Of a stretch of 64,000 nucleotides of DNA, positions 13,390 through 25,225 are shown one piece after another (the stretch's first letter is position 1; every line of letters starts with the position of its first letter). Location of the stretch: NCBI GenBank assembly GCA_052426225.1, contig JBNJNM010000023.1, forward strand, positions 372,001-436,000. Direction: 5' to 3'. A program made the position numbers and the translations under genes. Origin of the DNA: Zancudomyces culisetae HAW-14-8 (lineage: Eukaryota; Fungi; Kickxellomycota). A model generated the notes under the pieces. That model was not told the DNA's origin. It worked only from the letters and a program-made list of their open reading frames with translations, and ran no database searches.

Positions 13390-14556
13390 ATGAAAAGCGC
13401 ATTAATAGTAGCAGCAGGGTTTGTTGGTTCTGTGTTGGGAGCAACTTGGTTTGACGGACTGAACTACAACCCAAAACAAAAAGATGGTAGCTGTCCAACC
13501 GTTGATACCGTGCGAAATGATTTGAGCTCAATGGCACCATATACCGATACCATTAAAATCTTTAGCGTAAAGGATTGTAATCAGGGAGAGCCTATTTTAA
13601 GAGCTGTTGAGGGAACAAGCTGGAAAGTTGTATTGGGAATGTGGGTAGGTCCTGACGATTCTGCATTTAACGCAGACGTTCAAGAATTGACCAGACTAAA
13701 CTCTGTATTTGATCTCAAAAAGTATGTGAAGTATGTCGTGGTTGGTAGTGAATCTCTTTATAGAAAAGATCAAACTGAAGACCAACTCATAGCAAAAATC
13801 AACCAGGCTAGACAACTCCTCAACAGTTTGGGATTGAGTAGCATACCCGTAACCACTGCAGACGTATACTTGAACTACAGTGCACGACTTGCATCAGCTG
13901 TCGATTTCGTAATGATGAACGCATTTACATACTGGGAAGGTGTACCAATTGAAGCAGCCGCCAACACAATGTTTGAACACATAAATGCAGTAAAGGCCAT
14001 TTCCGGAGGCAAGAGAGTAGTTATTGGAGAAACTGGTTGGCCCACAGATGGATCAAACTTCGGGGCAGCTGTTCCTAGTTTGGCAAATTCAGCAAGATAC
14101 TTGAGAGAATTTATTTGCAGAGCACGCGCAGAGCAAGTCGAGTACTTTTGGTATTTAGCTATCGATACACCATGGAACACCACACCAGATAACACAGTTG
14201 AAGCACACTTTGGTATTCTAGATGCAAACCACAACCCAAAATACCCAGGTAATGATTGGGCCAACTGTAGCAACACTAGCACCTCTTCAAGCTCATCCTC
14301 CACCTCTACTTCAAGCTCATCCTCAAGCTCATCCTCAAGCTCATCCTCCACCTCTACTTCAACTTCAACCTCCACCACCTCCTCTTCTTCCACTCCAGGC
14401 CCAGTAACTTCAGTAACCGATGTTACTTCTTCTACTTCTGATGCTCACTCTGGCTACTCAATCTCTTCGACAATCTATTCCATTGTAACCGATAGTACTC
14501 TAGAAACTGTTGAAACTATAACTTATTTGGTAAAGTGCAAGCCCGTCTCCTCTTAG
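13390..14556 (+). CDS. Secreted GH17 beta-1,3-glucanase/glucanosyltransferase (Bgl2-like) with Ser/Thr-rich tail
   Basis: Signal peptide, VVVGSESLYR and VIGETGWPT catalytic motifs, S/T low-complexity C-terminus. Confidence 0.95.
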   Translation: MKSALIVAAGFVGSVLGATWFDGLNYNPKQKDGSCPTVDTVRNDLSSMAPYTDTIKIFSVKDCNQGEPILRAVEGTSWKVVLGMWVGPDDSAFNADVQELTRLNSVFDLKKYVKYVVVGSESLYRKDQTEDQLIAKINQARQLLNSLGLSSIPVTTADVYLNYSARLASAVDFVMMNAFTYWEGVPIEAAANTMFEHINAVKAISGGKRVVIGETGWPTDGSNFGAAVPSLANSARYLREFICRARAEQVEYFWYLAIDTPWNTTPDNTVEAHFGILDANHNPKYPGNDWANCSNTSTSSSSSSTSTSSSSSSSSSSSSSTSTSTSTSTTSSSSTPGPVTSVTDVTSSTSDAHSGYSISSTIYSIVTDSTLETVETITYLVKCKPVSS

Positions 14557-14672
14557 AGTCTTTTTGATAGTTGAATATAACGATTTATTTAGCATGGTTT
14601 ATTAGACGTTCAAAATCGAATAAACAAAGCTTTTTAGTATTACAATTAAAGATGGCAGGGCTCAGACTGGAG

Positions 14673-14909
14673 TCATTTTTTGTTTCCGTTCATAACGTCA
14701 AGGTATTTGTTAGTGTTGTTAGTATATGTTACCCACAAATCGGTAAATTCTTCGATGGACTGATTGCTGGCATTGATTTCGCATAACGTCGAATTTACCT
14801 CTACCAACGAAGAGTTGAGCTTTTGAATGCTGGTAATTATTCTCTTTGTGATTTCTTTTTGAAATTCTGGATGTACGTTTCCTTGTTGTTCGTGCTGGAT
14901 GCGCTCCAT
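14673..14909 (-). CDS. DAD4: DASH/Dam1 complex subunit Dad4
   Basis: About 78 aa. The pattern Q..I..RII......LN.S...N..L..IN..N...E.....W..Y..N resembles Dad4. Confidence 0.75.
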   Translation of the reverse strand: MERIQHEQQGNVHPEFQKEITKRIITSIQKLNSSLVEVNSTLCEINASNQSIEEFTDLWVTYTNNTNKYLDVMNGNKK

Positions 14910-15302
14910 TCTCTTTAGCTTTCTATGTCTATTGAGTTTCAAGAATAAAGATGGATAGTGCTATTTAGATAAAAGTAAACAAACCTGCGAACAATTAAAC
15001 AAACACATATTGGTATATACTGAATTTATCTGTGTCACTATTGGATATTTCTTATGAGCAAATTTTAGAAAAAAATTTTCACCATTTACTGGCAATTTCA
15101 GTTTGGGCTCAAAAAAAGCTGTAGGTGTTTATCAGCACAAAATCGCTTGCTGAAAAAAAAAAATTATGATAATAATTTCCATTCCCAATACTACTGTTTT
15201 GCTATTGTTATTTTTTTTTTGATATAAATCGATTTGGCTCATTTACATGTTCAAGTTTAATCAATAATCAAAAATAAGAGAATAGAATTTAGAGCTGATA
15301 CT

Positions 15303-16313
15303 ATGAATTTGGCAACACAAAAATTAATTAAATTGAATATTCAAAGGTCGCAAAAGCTGATCTCGACAGCTGCTCGATCATACGCAACCAAGAGTCCGGC
15401 CAAAATCGAAGAAAAAGGCAAAGCTAGCGAGGAAACCGAAGTAGATCCAAATTCATTACACCTGATTAAAGCAAAGGCCTGGCTAGATGGTGAGGGTGCA
15501 AAATATAAGGATGTATTACCAGGGCAAACAAACTACGTGGGCACAACACGACCCTTCCCATTAAATCCATTTTTCAGACCACAGACCCCAGTATCGGATA
15601 AAATCAAGAATGAAATTTATGAATTGTATCTAAAAGATCCTGTGGCAAACACACCAAGAATCTTGGGAATGAAGTTTAGGCTCTCTATTAAACGAATTCA
15701 GGGGATTTTGACTTTAAAGGCCATGGAAATGCAACATTCTGAGGTAGAAGGAAAAATCCTGCAAAAAAATTTTACAAAAGGAATGGAGAGTATAATGGGA
15801 GTTAATCCAAACGAGACAACAACATCGATCTCTTCAAGAGGATTTTCCGAACCCCTGAGCTACCCAAACACTAATGTTGGAGAACCTTTTTTCAAAATCG
15901 TACCAGAAACTGAAGAATATACTTCTTCTGATGCCGCAGATGCGCTGGGACGAGAGCCTTATAAGAAAGTGTTTTATGAATTGAACAAATCTGAATTTTT
16001 TGAAATCAACAATCCACCAAACATTGATCCAAAATATGCACCAAGAAATCCTAAAAACAAACACAAATATACCAATCAAGTGTTGATCAACATTCCTGAT
16101 AGCTCCTCATTAAAAACTATTTCATCTGATCCAAGCATCATCAATAGGCGATGGGACTTTGTCTTTACTGACACTTCAAACAGCGCGAGTAAAACCAGAG
16201 CTCTGTTTGTTCGTACGAAGGAAGGTACTCTATACTCCAACAAAGCCCAATCCGCAGCCTCATCTAAGCCCAAATCCAAACCCAGCACCACTAGTACCAA
16301 AGCCAGTAACTGA
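15303..16313 (+). CDS. Mitochondrial small-subunit ribosomal protein mS45 (Bot1/Mrps35 family)
   Basis: Presequence-like N-terminus, and PFPLNPFF...IY...KF.LSIKRI.GIL.LK.ME motif. Confidence 0.85.
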   Translation: MNLATQKLIKLNIQRSQKLISTAARSYATKSPAKIEEKGKASEETEVDPNSLHLIKAKAWLDGEGAKYKDVLPGQTNYVGTTRPFPLNPFFRPQTPVSDKIKNEIYELYLKDPVANTPRILGMKFRLSIKRIQGILTLKAMEMQHSEVEGKILQKNFTKGMESIMGVNPNETTTSISSRGFSEPLSYPNTNVGEPFFKIVPETEEYTSSDAADALGREPYKKVFYELNKSEFFEINNPPNIDPKYAPRNPKNKHKYTNQVLINIPDSSSLKTISSDPSIINRRWDFVFTDTSNSASKTRALFVRTKEGTLYSNKAQSAASSKPKSKPSTTSTKASN

Positions 16314-16747
16314 TAGATACCTCAATTTTTTTTTACCTTTAGGTGTTTAAACTTATAATTGCGTATACACTATTTATTACCAAACTAAATAAGCATTTTT
16401 TTATTAAAAAATATTACAATTGAAGCCATATGTGATACTTGCTACAATAATAAGACTATACGCAAACAAAATCTGGTTAATAGACCATTATTTGTTCAGC
16501 GGAAAAAACTGACTTGAAATAGTTGAGAAAGCAAAAATAATCAGCTCACACCACTTTTCCTGTTCTATTAAGTTTGGGATGCTTGGCTATGATAAAAATT
16601 AATTGGTGCTTGCGCTTTAAAAGGATTAACTATATCACCATTAGGTTTTTATAAAAGCATATTGATTATTCTTTTAACCAAAACTATTTCGGCTAAAACT
16701 AACATTGTATAGTAATTTTGCGTTTCATAAAGAAATATTGTGAATAA

Positions 16748-18648
16748 ATGCTACATCAAAAACCCGAATCTGCAAAAAACTATAGCGAAGCTATTGCCAA
16801 CAATGGCAATAACCAATTAAAGGTTGGTACAGTATCTTTCTATTCGTCCCGAATGTTGAAAATAGCGTGTAGCTAATCTTCTAATCGTAGGCACCATGGT
16901 GCTGTTTAGTTGATAAAACATTACAAGCAAATGTAATAATCTGTATATGACGAAATATATGTTCCATTCCAACTTTCACTTGTTATTTTTTTTGATTATA
17001 GAACGACACAAAAGTTCAGACATGGGACGGTTTTTTTGAGCAAAACGAAATCATAGAAGCCTCTGAAGATATCTCATTTAATGTAATACGTTTTTTCCCA
17101 TGAAAAAGATGTAAGAAGTGTTATTTAAAAGCGTTATTAATCACTAAATTCCTACAACTATATTATCAAAGGTATATATATCTGGGTATAAACAAAGCAA
17201 AGGCCCAATATACTTTTTTGTTCATGGTGCTGGTTTGTCTGGGCTGTCATTTGGGAAAACTTCAAAAATACTTATGGATAAGTTTATGAACAACTCTGAA
17301 AGCAATACCGGTACAATTGTTTCTTTTGATTGCAGAGGGCATGGTAATTACACTCCCTTTTTTATTTTTTTAAAAAAAAACTCTTTTTGCGTATTAAATT
17401 TGTCTAGAGAATCTTCATTACTAACCTGTTGTTTCTAAAAATGGTATTACTAATTAAGGGAATACTCAAAGCAAAAACCGGTCCGAATTGAGCCTGGAAA
17501 GGCTAGCTGAAGATGCCACGTTATTGTACAACAAACTGTTTGAGACTGTTGGGAAAGGAAGACAGGTATTGTTGGTAGGACATAGTATGGGTGGCGCTGT
17601 AGTAGTGGAGTTGGCAAGTCGAAAAATGATACCAAATATTTTAGGCGTTGTGGTGATAGATGTAGTAGAAGGTATGTGGTATTCCAGACAGTCAACGCTT
17701 TTATTTTTTTGAGAAAAGTGTACAACAGTGAACAATACTGTAAAACCGTTAGGTGAGGAAGTAGGGGATAGCACTAATATCAGAGTAAAACATGCTTTTG
17801 CTTACCATATTATATAGGAACTGCGGTAAAATCGTTTAGGCACATCGAATCAATGTTGATTTTACGACCTCAATCATTTCCAAACTACGCTGGTGCGATA
17901 AACTATTATATTTATTCCGGGCTCATCAACAATCTTGACTCTGCTTGTCTCTCCGTTCCCTCGTTAGTGAGGCTCAATGAAGAGACGTCTAAATACGAAT
18001 GGGTTACAGATCTTCTTAGTAGCCGTGCTTATTGGGAGAGTAATACTTTTTATACAATTATATATACGTCGCCCTGTTTTTCGTTACAGCATATTATTGT
18101 TGAATAATTATTTTCTTGGTATTAAGCAATGCGCTCAAACTGATATGCACTTTATAGGTTGGTATAAAGACATGTCTAAAAAGTTTATTTCTTTATCGGT
18201 ACCCCGATTGTTGGTTCTAGCTGGTAAGTTTTTATGGATTTACTAAGTGAAATTCATAGTTGCTATTTCTCAAACGGCGAAATTCTTAACAACATGCAAA
18301 AACTACTTGCACTGAAAATTTAGAGACGAACAGGATAGATCGGGACTTAATGATTGGGCAGATGCAAGGTAACATTAAATTTGGCTCTATTTTTACTATT
18401 GTTATGTATACATGTTCTTTTACAGTCTATTCAAATCATTTAACACGCTATTGACATCTAAAAGGACAACTAACGCTACTGTACTTATAGGAAAATTTCA
18501 ACTGTCGATATTTAAGGGATGTGGACACATTTTGCATGAAGATAGCCCCCTAGAGTTCGCCGATGTACTATATACGTTTGCTAATAGGAACAAGGCCTTG
18601 GACCCCGAGTTTATACTTGCTTTAAAGGCAAAATATACTAAGCAGTAA
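16748..18648 (+). CDS. PPE1: Protein phosphatase methylesterase 1 (PME-1), multi-exon
   Basis: HGAGLSGLSF, DCRGHG, GHSMGG nucleophile elbow, IDVVEG, LMIGQMQGKFQL and GHILHED across GT-AG exons. The start exon is tentative. Confidence 0.9.
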
Positions 18649-19928
18649 ATGTTTGTAAGAGGGTGCTGCTGTTATAACTAATTGATTTTATTGGTTGGTT
18701 GGTTGGTTTGTTATGGTATACTTTTAATTTTAAAGAGAAAAGCTTCACCTCACTCCATCCCATTACAAATGGAGAGTATAGTGCTAAGTGATGAACCCGA
18801 TCCATCAACTTTAAAAAGAAAAAAAATGGAATCATGCAATGGACATTGTGCTTCGGGTTAAAGGACATTTTTTTATTGAGAAGTTTCTATTATTGGAATG
18901 TATTCACCAATTCCGGTTAATTTTATAAATACGCTTTGTTGCGGACAAGCTGCTTTAAACAACGGAAATGTCCAATGTTTCGTATATATCACAATTACCA
19001 GATAATAAAATAAGCTAGAAAATGTGAATTACCAGAAATTTATCGTACGATTTGTTTTTTCTGGATGCCAATACAATTAAAAAAAACGATAAAATTACAA
19101 TTACACACTGAAAATAAAAATGAAAACCATGGCCGATTCTAAAAAGTGCAGCTAAAATTTAAATTGCCTGATGTTTTTGCGTTTTTGAAATAAACCTTTA
19201 TAGCCAGAAAAAAATGAAAATGATATAAATGAAGACGAAATGCGTCTTTGTTTGTTTGCTACTCGGCGCAAAGAGTATTCATCTCATTTTTTTAATATAT
19301 TGCCAAGTTACCTTGATTTAGCAGCATATGTTTGAACCTAGACATAGTATTTTCGAGCAGAGGCCCGAGAGTGCATGCGTGTATACACGTACATGCACCC
19401 AATTGAAGGATATTTGAAGGGAGAGGGGTGCTCCAAATGTAGCGCGCTGAAGGATGTTCAAAACAACCTATGGTAGAACAGCGGATGGGATTATGTTACG
19501 TATAATAGCCATAGTAATTTCACTAGAAGGCTTCATAGCCTTTGATTCGAAGTGGGGGAAGAGCGGAAAAATGCAGACCCAAATAAGAGTAGATGATCAT
19601 GTACGCCGGCGAGGCGTATCCTAGGTAGAGACAAACTTAGAATTGTCGAACAAAACACAAGGCTATTTCCGTGCAGAAAACTGCCTCTGTTCTCATAAAA
19701 AACGACTTAGTGGGAAGGGCTGTAACTGGTTAAAAGTGAAAAGCAATAATGCGAACCTCTTACACGAAAATATATTTATTTGACATTTTATATAAGCACA
19801 ACTGAAAAGGACAAGAGAAAAAAGTAGCAATTTGAATATCTCTGTTAATAGCTACAAGCGGTAAGTAAAGTGCAGGAAGCAAAATGCTACTAGGTCCAAT
19901 TGGTAACACACACAAGCAAAAAGGGTTA

Positions 19929-20165
19929 TTAGTGAGTGTAGTGTCTAGGTTCGTCGACTACGATGTAAGTTGGTTTGCTGTCTTTGCTGACGTTCATGTA
20001 AGGGGTGGGGTTCTTCTTGTGGTTGATAACAATATCTTGCTTTGTTAGTTGGCGGATTCCGTGGAATGTAGCGAAACTTACTCCCAATGCCATTATTCCG
20101 ACGATTGGATATGCCTCCTTCTTGATCCAGTGTCTCTTGAATTGTGTTGAAAATCTTGAACTCAT
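19929..20165 (-). CDS. NDUFA4/COXFA4 (B12D/MLRQ) family small mitochondrial membrane protein
   Basis: 78 aa, EAYPIV + one TM helix + DIVINHKKNP.P motif. Confidence 0.85.
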   Translation of the reverse strand: MSSRFSTQFKRHWIKKEAYPIVGIMALGVSFATFHGIRQLTKQDIVINHKKNPTPYMNVSKDSKPTYIVVDEPRHYTH

Positions 20166-22220
20166 TTTGTTTTATTTACTTGTCGATTTATCTGTATAAC
20201 CTTGAAGAAAAAAAGATAACTGAAGTTAGGAAGCGAAAGCTAGTGGTTTAAATACAAAGAAACGAGGAAAATGAAAAGGAAAATGAAGAACGGCCACGTT
20301 TCCAATTTTATTTTAGGTAAGCACTAATCCTCTTTTGCCTGTGATGTTGGAAAAATTTTTTTTTACTATTTATTCTCTTTATGAAATGGTGTTCTATTAT
20401 TATTCTCTCAAACCCTATGAAACCAAAGATTAGCCAACATTGGGAATTAAACAAAATAATTTGTCAATTTTTTCAGAATAGTAGTGGGCAAACTGTTATC
20501 ATTTATTTGCTATTGAACGCTGAGGCTCTACCGACCTTTACACAAATAAGAAATGTGAAAAGGAATGAAAAGGAGTGGAAAAGGTTCTCTAATACGATTT
20601 TGTAATGGTTTGGTAATACCACATTTTGAAAGGCAAATTAACAAAATGGTTGCGAATTAGATTCCTTATCGAAACCCCATTATCAGGATTGGCATGGCTT
20701 TATTTTATACGGTAAACAATCGTTATCAGTATAGACGCAAATATAGCACTAACAGCAACCGGGAAACGAGAAAAAGATGTATAAGCACGGTTTATCCTAT
20801 TGCTTCTAGGCTATTACTAAGGTAACTTTTGTCCTTTTAGCTCATGGTATTGTTTTGGGGGTATTTAAAACCTATTAACTAATAAAGACAAAGATCACTT
20901 TATTATTCCGTTAATCGTGTTACAGAACATTAAAAGAATTACAACACTTGAACCAAAGGAAAGGAGGAAAAAAGAGAGAATTATAGACACTCGGTTTTTG
21001 CTCCCTACCGCTTAACCTTGGCAATAAATGAGTAATATATCCGATTTTAGGCTACAAGTCAATAACCAAATCTTGTAAGGTTGTTCCGATATCTTGGCAT
21101 TCCTTGAAAATTCTCTTTTGTGTATGAAGAAGCATTCAATGACTATTTGTACCATTTCCGTGCTAAGTTTACATGACTATACTTTACTGTGATATTGGTG
21201 CATTTGTGCTTTATCACCACTAAGAAACAAAAAACTCAAGAATAAGACGAATTCATACTCTGCACACACTTTGAAAAATACATGGCTTTAATTGTATCAT
21301 AAATTGTGGATTACTTCTTGTCAAGTTGAGTCTGTTTTTTGGTCTAGTTCCAAGTATACCAGACGACAACACGGCACCAATCCTGAAGGTTTGCTGCGAT
21401 TAATCTTGTACTCCGCTACATTTTTACAGCAGGAAAAAAAATATGAATTCGGGAAAAGCCAATACACTATTGATATATTATTACTTTAATAAATATCTAT
21501 CACTTTACTTATTTGAACAATTGTGTATTTTTAATATATAAAAATGCGCCCTGATTGAATATTCTGTTGATGACGTATCTTATCTAGAATATTTAATCAA
21601 TTTCTTGTCAGTACTGGTTGTTTTAATACAAAAAAAACACATTGTTCAAACCAATAACGAGATAAAAGGAAAGATGCCATACATTTAATATTTTCTCACT
21701 CTTTCTGGAGGATTTCCGGCTTTAAAAAGTACAGCAACCATCTCATTATTCAATATATCCTCTATTATTTTGATTTTGTTTCAACTAAAAATAAGGAATA
21801 CTGGGATAATCAAGTTTCAGTATTAAAGAGTTCTAGTATGTTTATTCATATAATTCAAAAGTGCATCCAAACTTAGTAAACCGAGAATTTGCCTTAATAA
21901 TGACATGTAAAGCTACTATTGTTTACATTTCGGAATTAGAAAGTGGTTGAAGCTAAACTATCCCACTCCAGAAAAAAGTATTTTATACTGAATTTTTCTG
22001 CCAAGATAATTACATATAACAGCAATGCTGCAGCAGGCACTTCTAGCCATGAAATGTTTATAAAAGTGTAATACTAGGCCTTTTATTTCATTAAACTATT
22101 CATCTTGACTACCTATATTTGTTTTTTTCACTATTATGGTATTTTCTCTCTTCTGAGTGTGTTAGACCTGCTAAAAAAAAAAGAAGAGTACTTCAAGTAA
22201 TTCAAACTTAAGAGCTAAGA

Positions 22221-22814
22221 ATGAGATATCTAAAGTTGGTATTTCTAACTGTTAGCTGTATTCAAAACTACGTGTTTTCCTTAAATTTGCAAGTATATGG
22301 TGAGATGCCTAAAGAACACGTGTGTGATGAGTATGAGCGCCTGGAACATGTCGAGGAATACATAACCCGGCTTGAAATATTTAAAGATGCTGACGGTATT
22401 CTCGCATACAACAGAGTAGCATACGCAGATGAATACAAGATTTACAGGCAGACCTTTGATGACTATTTCCTGAAAGAGATTTGCACATCCTCCACAGGCG
22501 AGGTGAGTATCCGCGCAAGAGCATGGAAACACTCCCGAACAAAGCCACGGGCATCCCAATTTTCTCCAGAAAAAATCAACTGCGAATATCCGTATTATAG
22601 GAACGGAACAACCTCTGTTCCTCAAACAAAGGGCCCAATGAACCATTTTATCGAATACAAGGTTTGTGAAACTGCATCCACATGCTCAATTACAGCTCGA
22701 ACTATCAATTTGGGTGTTGATGAGGAAAGAAACAAACCTGTAGAAGAAGGATGCGTTTTCTCTATCTATAAACCATATGTGACTATCGCCGCCTTTTTAT
22801 CTTCGCGGCCTTAG
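22221..22814 (+). CDS. Hypothetical secreted Cys-containing protein, 197 aa
   Basis: Intronless ORF with signal-peptide-like N-terminus and coding-like composition. No family recognised. Confidence 0.65.
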   Translation: MRYLKLVFLTVSCIQNYVFSLNLQVYGEMPKEHVCDEYERLEHVEEYITRLEIFKDADGILAYNRVAYADEYKIYRQTFDDYFLKEICTSSTGEVSIRARAWKHSRTKPRASQFSPEKINCEYPYYRNGTTSVPQTKGPMNHFIEYKVCETASTCSITARTINLGVDEERNKPVEEGCVFSIYKPYVTIAAFLSSRP

Positions 22815-23843
22815 ATCCATTCTGGAATCTTTATATTTTGATCTGGTATGCAGAGTCAAGATGACAAGAAAAATAAAAATAGTGATAAATTGTTAACCTT
22901 GAGTATCGACCATTTTCAGCAACTCTTGGTACCTCAATTAGTGGTATCATTTTTTTCTTTCAGAATACTATATAGGGTATGCTAAGCTACTTGGCTAAAA
23001 TTAAGCTTTTCCCTTATATAACATTTGTATTGATAAATATAAAGCTGGACACGTCAATATATCTAAAACAACCAGCAGCTGCTCTATTGGCTCTGCTGTT
23101 GATAAGCACAATGAAAACAGCACATCAACAGTTATAATATACATCTTTATATTGAATATTTATAGTTTGGTTTTTTTTAGAAAAAAATGTTAGGAGAACA
23201 AAAGACTTTTTAAAGATATTTTGGTGGTTTCTGAGATTTTGTTTACAGATGGAAGTGCTGAATCTTTATTCCAGACAATAATTATACTAGTTGTTATTAC
23301 CTCTTCCCCTCCTCCCCCTTCACATTATTTCTTCAAAAAGCAACTACTTTATAAAATAAACAGCTACTTTCTCTTTTCATCCCAAATTCAATCCTAGTAT
23401 CAATCAGATTACAAACACGTGTAAAATTTACATGATATACGAATAGCAAAAATGTAAAATTAACCTGGATTGCCTATTTTTTTTTGCCTAAATTGAAGAG
23501 CTGGAAATTATTCCTCCCCATCTTTTTTTCGGGGAGAGAGGGGTGGTTAGATTTGACCAAGAAGTGGTTAGCTCAAATCAAAAGTGTGGGATTTTCAAAA
23601 TTCCACCAACAAACTAAATTATCCTCAAGCTTGTTGAGAAGACAGCTAATTATTGGAGCGGAGAAGCATTGCTAAACTTCATTGTATATCTTGTAATATC
23701 TAGAGTAAAACAATAACGTGTATTTTTACATCTTGGCACTATTTATGAAAACACAATACAACACAAATAAAGGACAGGTCAGATAGACACACCGCGAACA
23801 GCGTTATAAGAAAGGAAACCAGAATTCACAAAGCGATCCCGAA

Positions 23844-24295
23844 ATGGTAATTTTCTCTGCATGGCTCTAATTTTATGAATTTAACATTTGAATACAAGTA
23901 GCCTTTTGAAGCAATCCCTCAACAGCAGCGATGATAATACCAAAATAGTCAGCCTTGTTCAACTTTCAATCATTATTGATAGTGCTACTTTTATTAATCT
24001 GCACATCTTCCTACGTCAAGACACAAGCTCCTTCGTTCATTAACAGGGAAAAATCAGGGATTTTAAATCTTTTTTACAAGTTTGCGATACTAGGTATGTA
24101 AATAGTGTGTGGCGCCACCAGCTTCGAGTGTTAGTGGTAGAGTGTGCTGGGTGAACCAAAAACGTTTTACTGCTTTCTAATATATATTGAATGTCTTGCT
24201 AACACTTACCAAACAAACTTTATATAGGCGAAAGGCTGAGCCCATACGTTAGCCTAGCTTGTATGGTTATGGCTATTTCCCTGTTAATTTTTTAA
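23844..24295 (+). CDS. KSH1: Protein kish (TMEM167/Ksh1), 3 exons, absent from the ORF track
   Basis: Exons 23844-23846 (ATG only), 23949-24093 and 24228-24295 give MSALFNFQSLLIVLLLLICTSSY...GERLSPYVSLACMVMAISLLIF*. Confidence 0.92.
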
Positions 24296-24857
24296 GAACA
24301 CAGTAGAAATGCGTCCAAAAACACGAGGCAAGTTTAGAGGAAGTGGACACATTAGCCAAGGCAACCTCACGGTGCTCGATTTAGCACAGTGGCGCTAGGC
24401 TATGGCAAAGGATTTGGATATCTAGTTTTTTCCTTTTTAGTTCAAATGGCGACATACTAAAATTTCTCAATCTTAGCTTTTGGAAAAGTAGGAATTAGGG
24501 ATAAAACTTACCCTAAACAGTTTTTTTTTTAAATTCCCAATTAGCGTTATGTGTTTTTTGTTCTTATAGCAAATCAAATTATCCTTCATTTAGGCTGCAA
24601 TTTCTTTTTAACCAAAAAAAATTTTTACTGGAAAAAAAGGTCCAAGACAAAATTAGGGCTAGTATAGCCCACAACAGCTAAAAAAAATTTTTTTTGCGCT
24701 TTAACTGGCTTGCACTGTTTAGATACTAGCGAAAAAAAAAATTATAAAAAAATTTAGCACAGGAAAACTCCTAATATAAAAGTAAATTAAACAATTCTTT
24801 CTAATACTTTTTATTCCCATATTAATTGGTATACTAAGCGGTACATCACTAGTAAAA

Positions 24858-25225
24858 ATGGAAAACGACACCGGAGATTTGGTTGATATTTACATCCCAC
24901 GCAAGTGCTCAGCAACAAACAGAATCGTAGATGCTAAGGACCACGCTTCAGTCCAAATCAGCATCGTCGATGTCGACCAAAATGGACGTATGACAAAGTC
25001 AAGCAAGAAATACGTTTTGTCCGGCTTTGTTCGTAAATTGGGCGAGAGTGACGACTCCCTAAACCGCTTGGCTTCCACTGACGGTTACATGAAGAAGTAA
25101 GTATAATCTCTTTATTTAAATCTGTCACAACTTTTTTCATGTTGTTCAGTTTGATCTTAATGGTATCATTTTCTGATATATGGATTTTTACAATGTAAAA
25201 TAGTGTCTGGAGCTACCAAAAGTAA
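24858..25225 (+). CDS. RPS21: 40S ribosomal protein S21 (eS21), 2 exons
   Basis: [21 protein letters not shown]...KDHASVQI...[11 protein letters not shown]. Intron 25097-25203, last exon completes NVWSYQK*. Confidence 0.97.

Noticed and set aside
13875-14407. ORFs 13875-14393 (-) and 14222-14407 (+)
   Set aside because: Shadow frames of the Ser/Thr repeat in the GH17 gene.
19717-19732. GGCTGTAACTGG as the start of SRP RNA, and aacaaaacacaaggct near 19650 as an RNase P motif
   Set aside because: No SRP helix-8 motif or RNase P P4 partner found.
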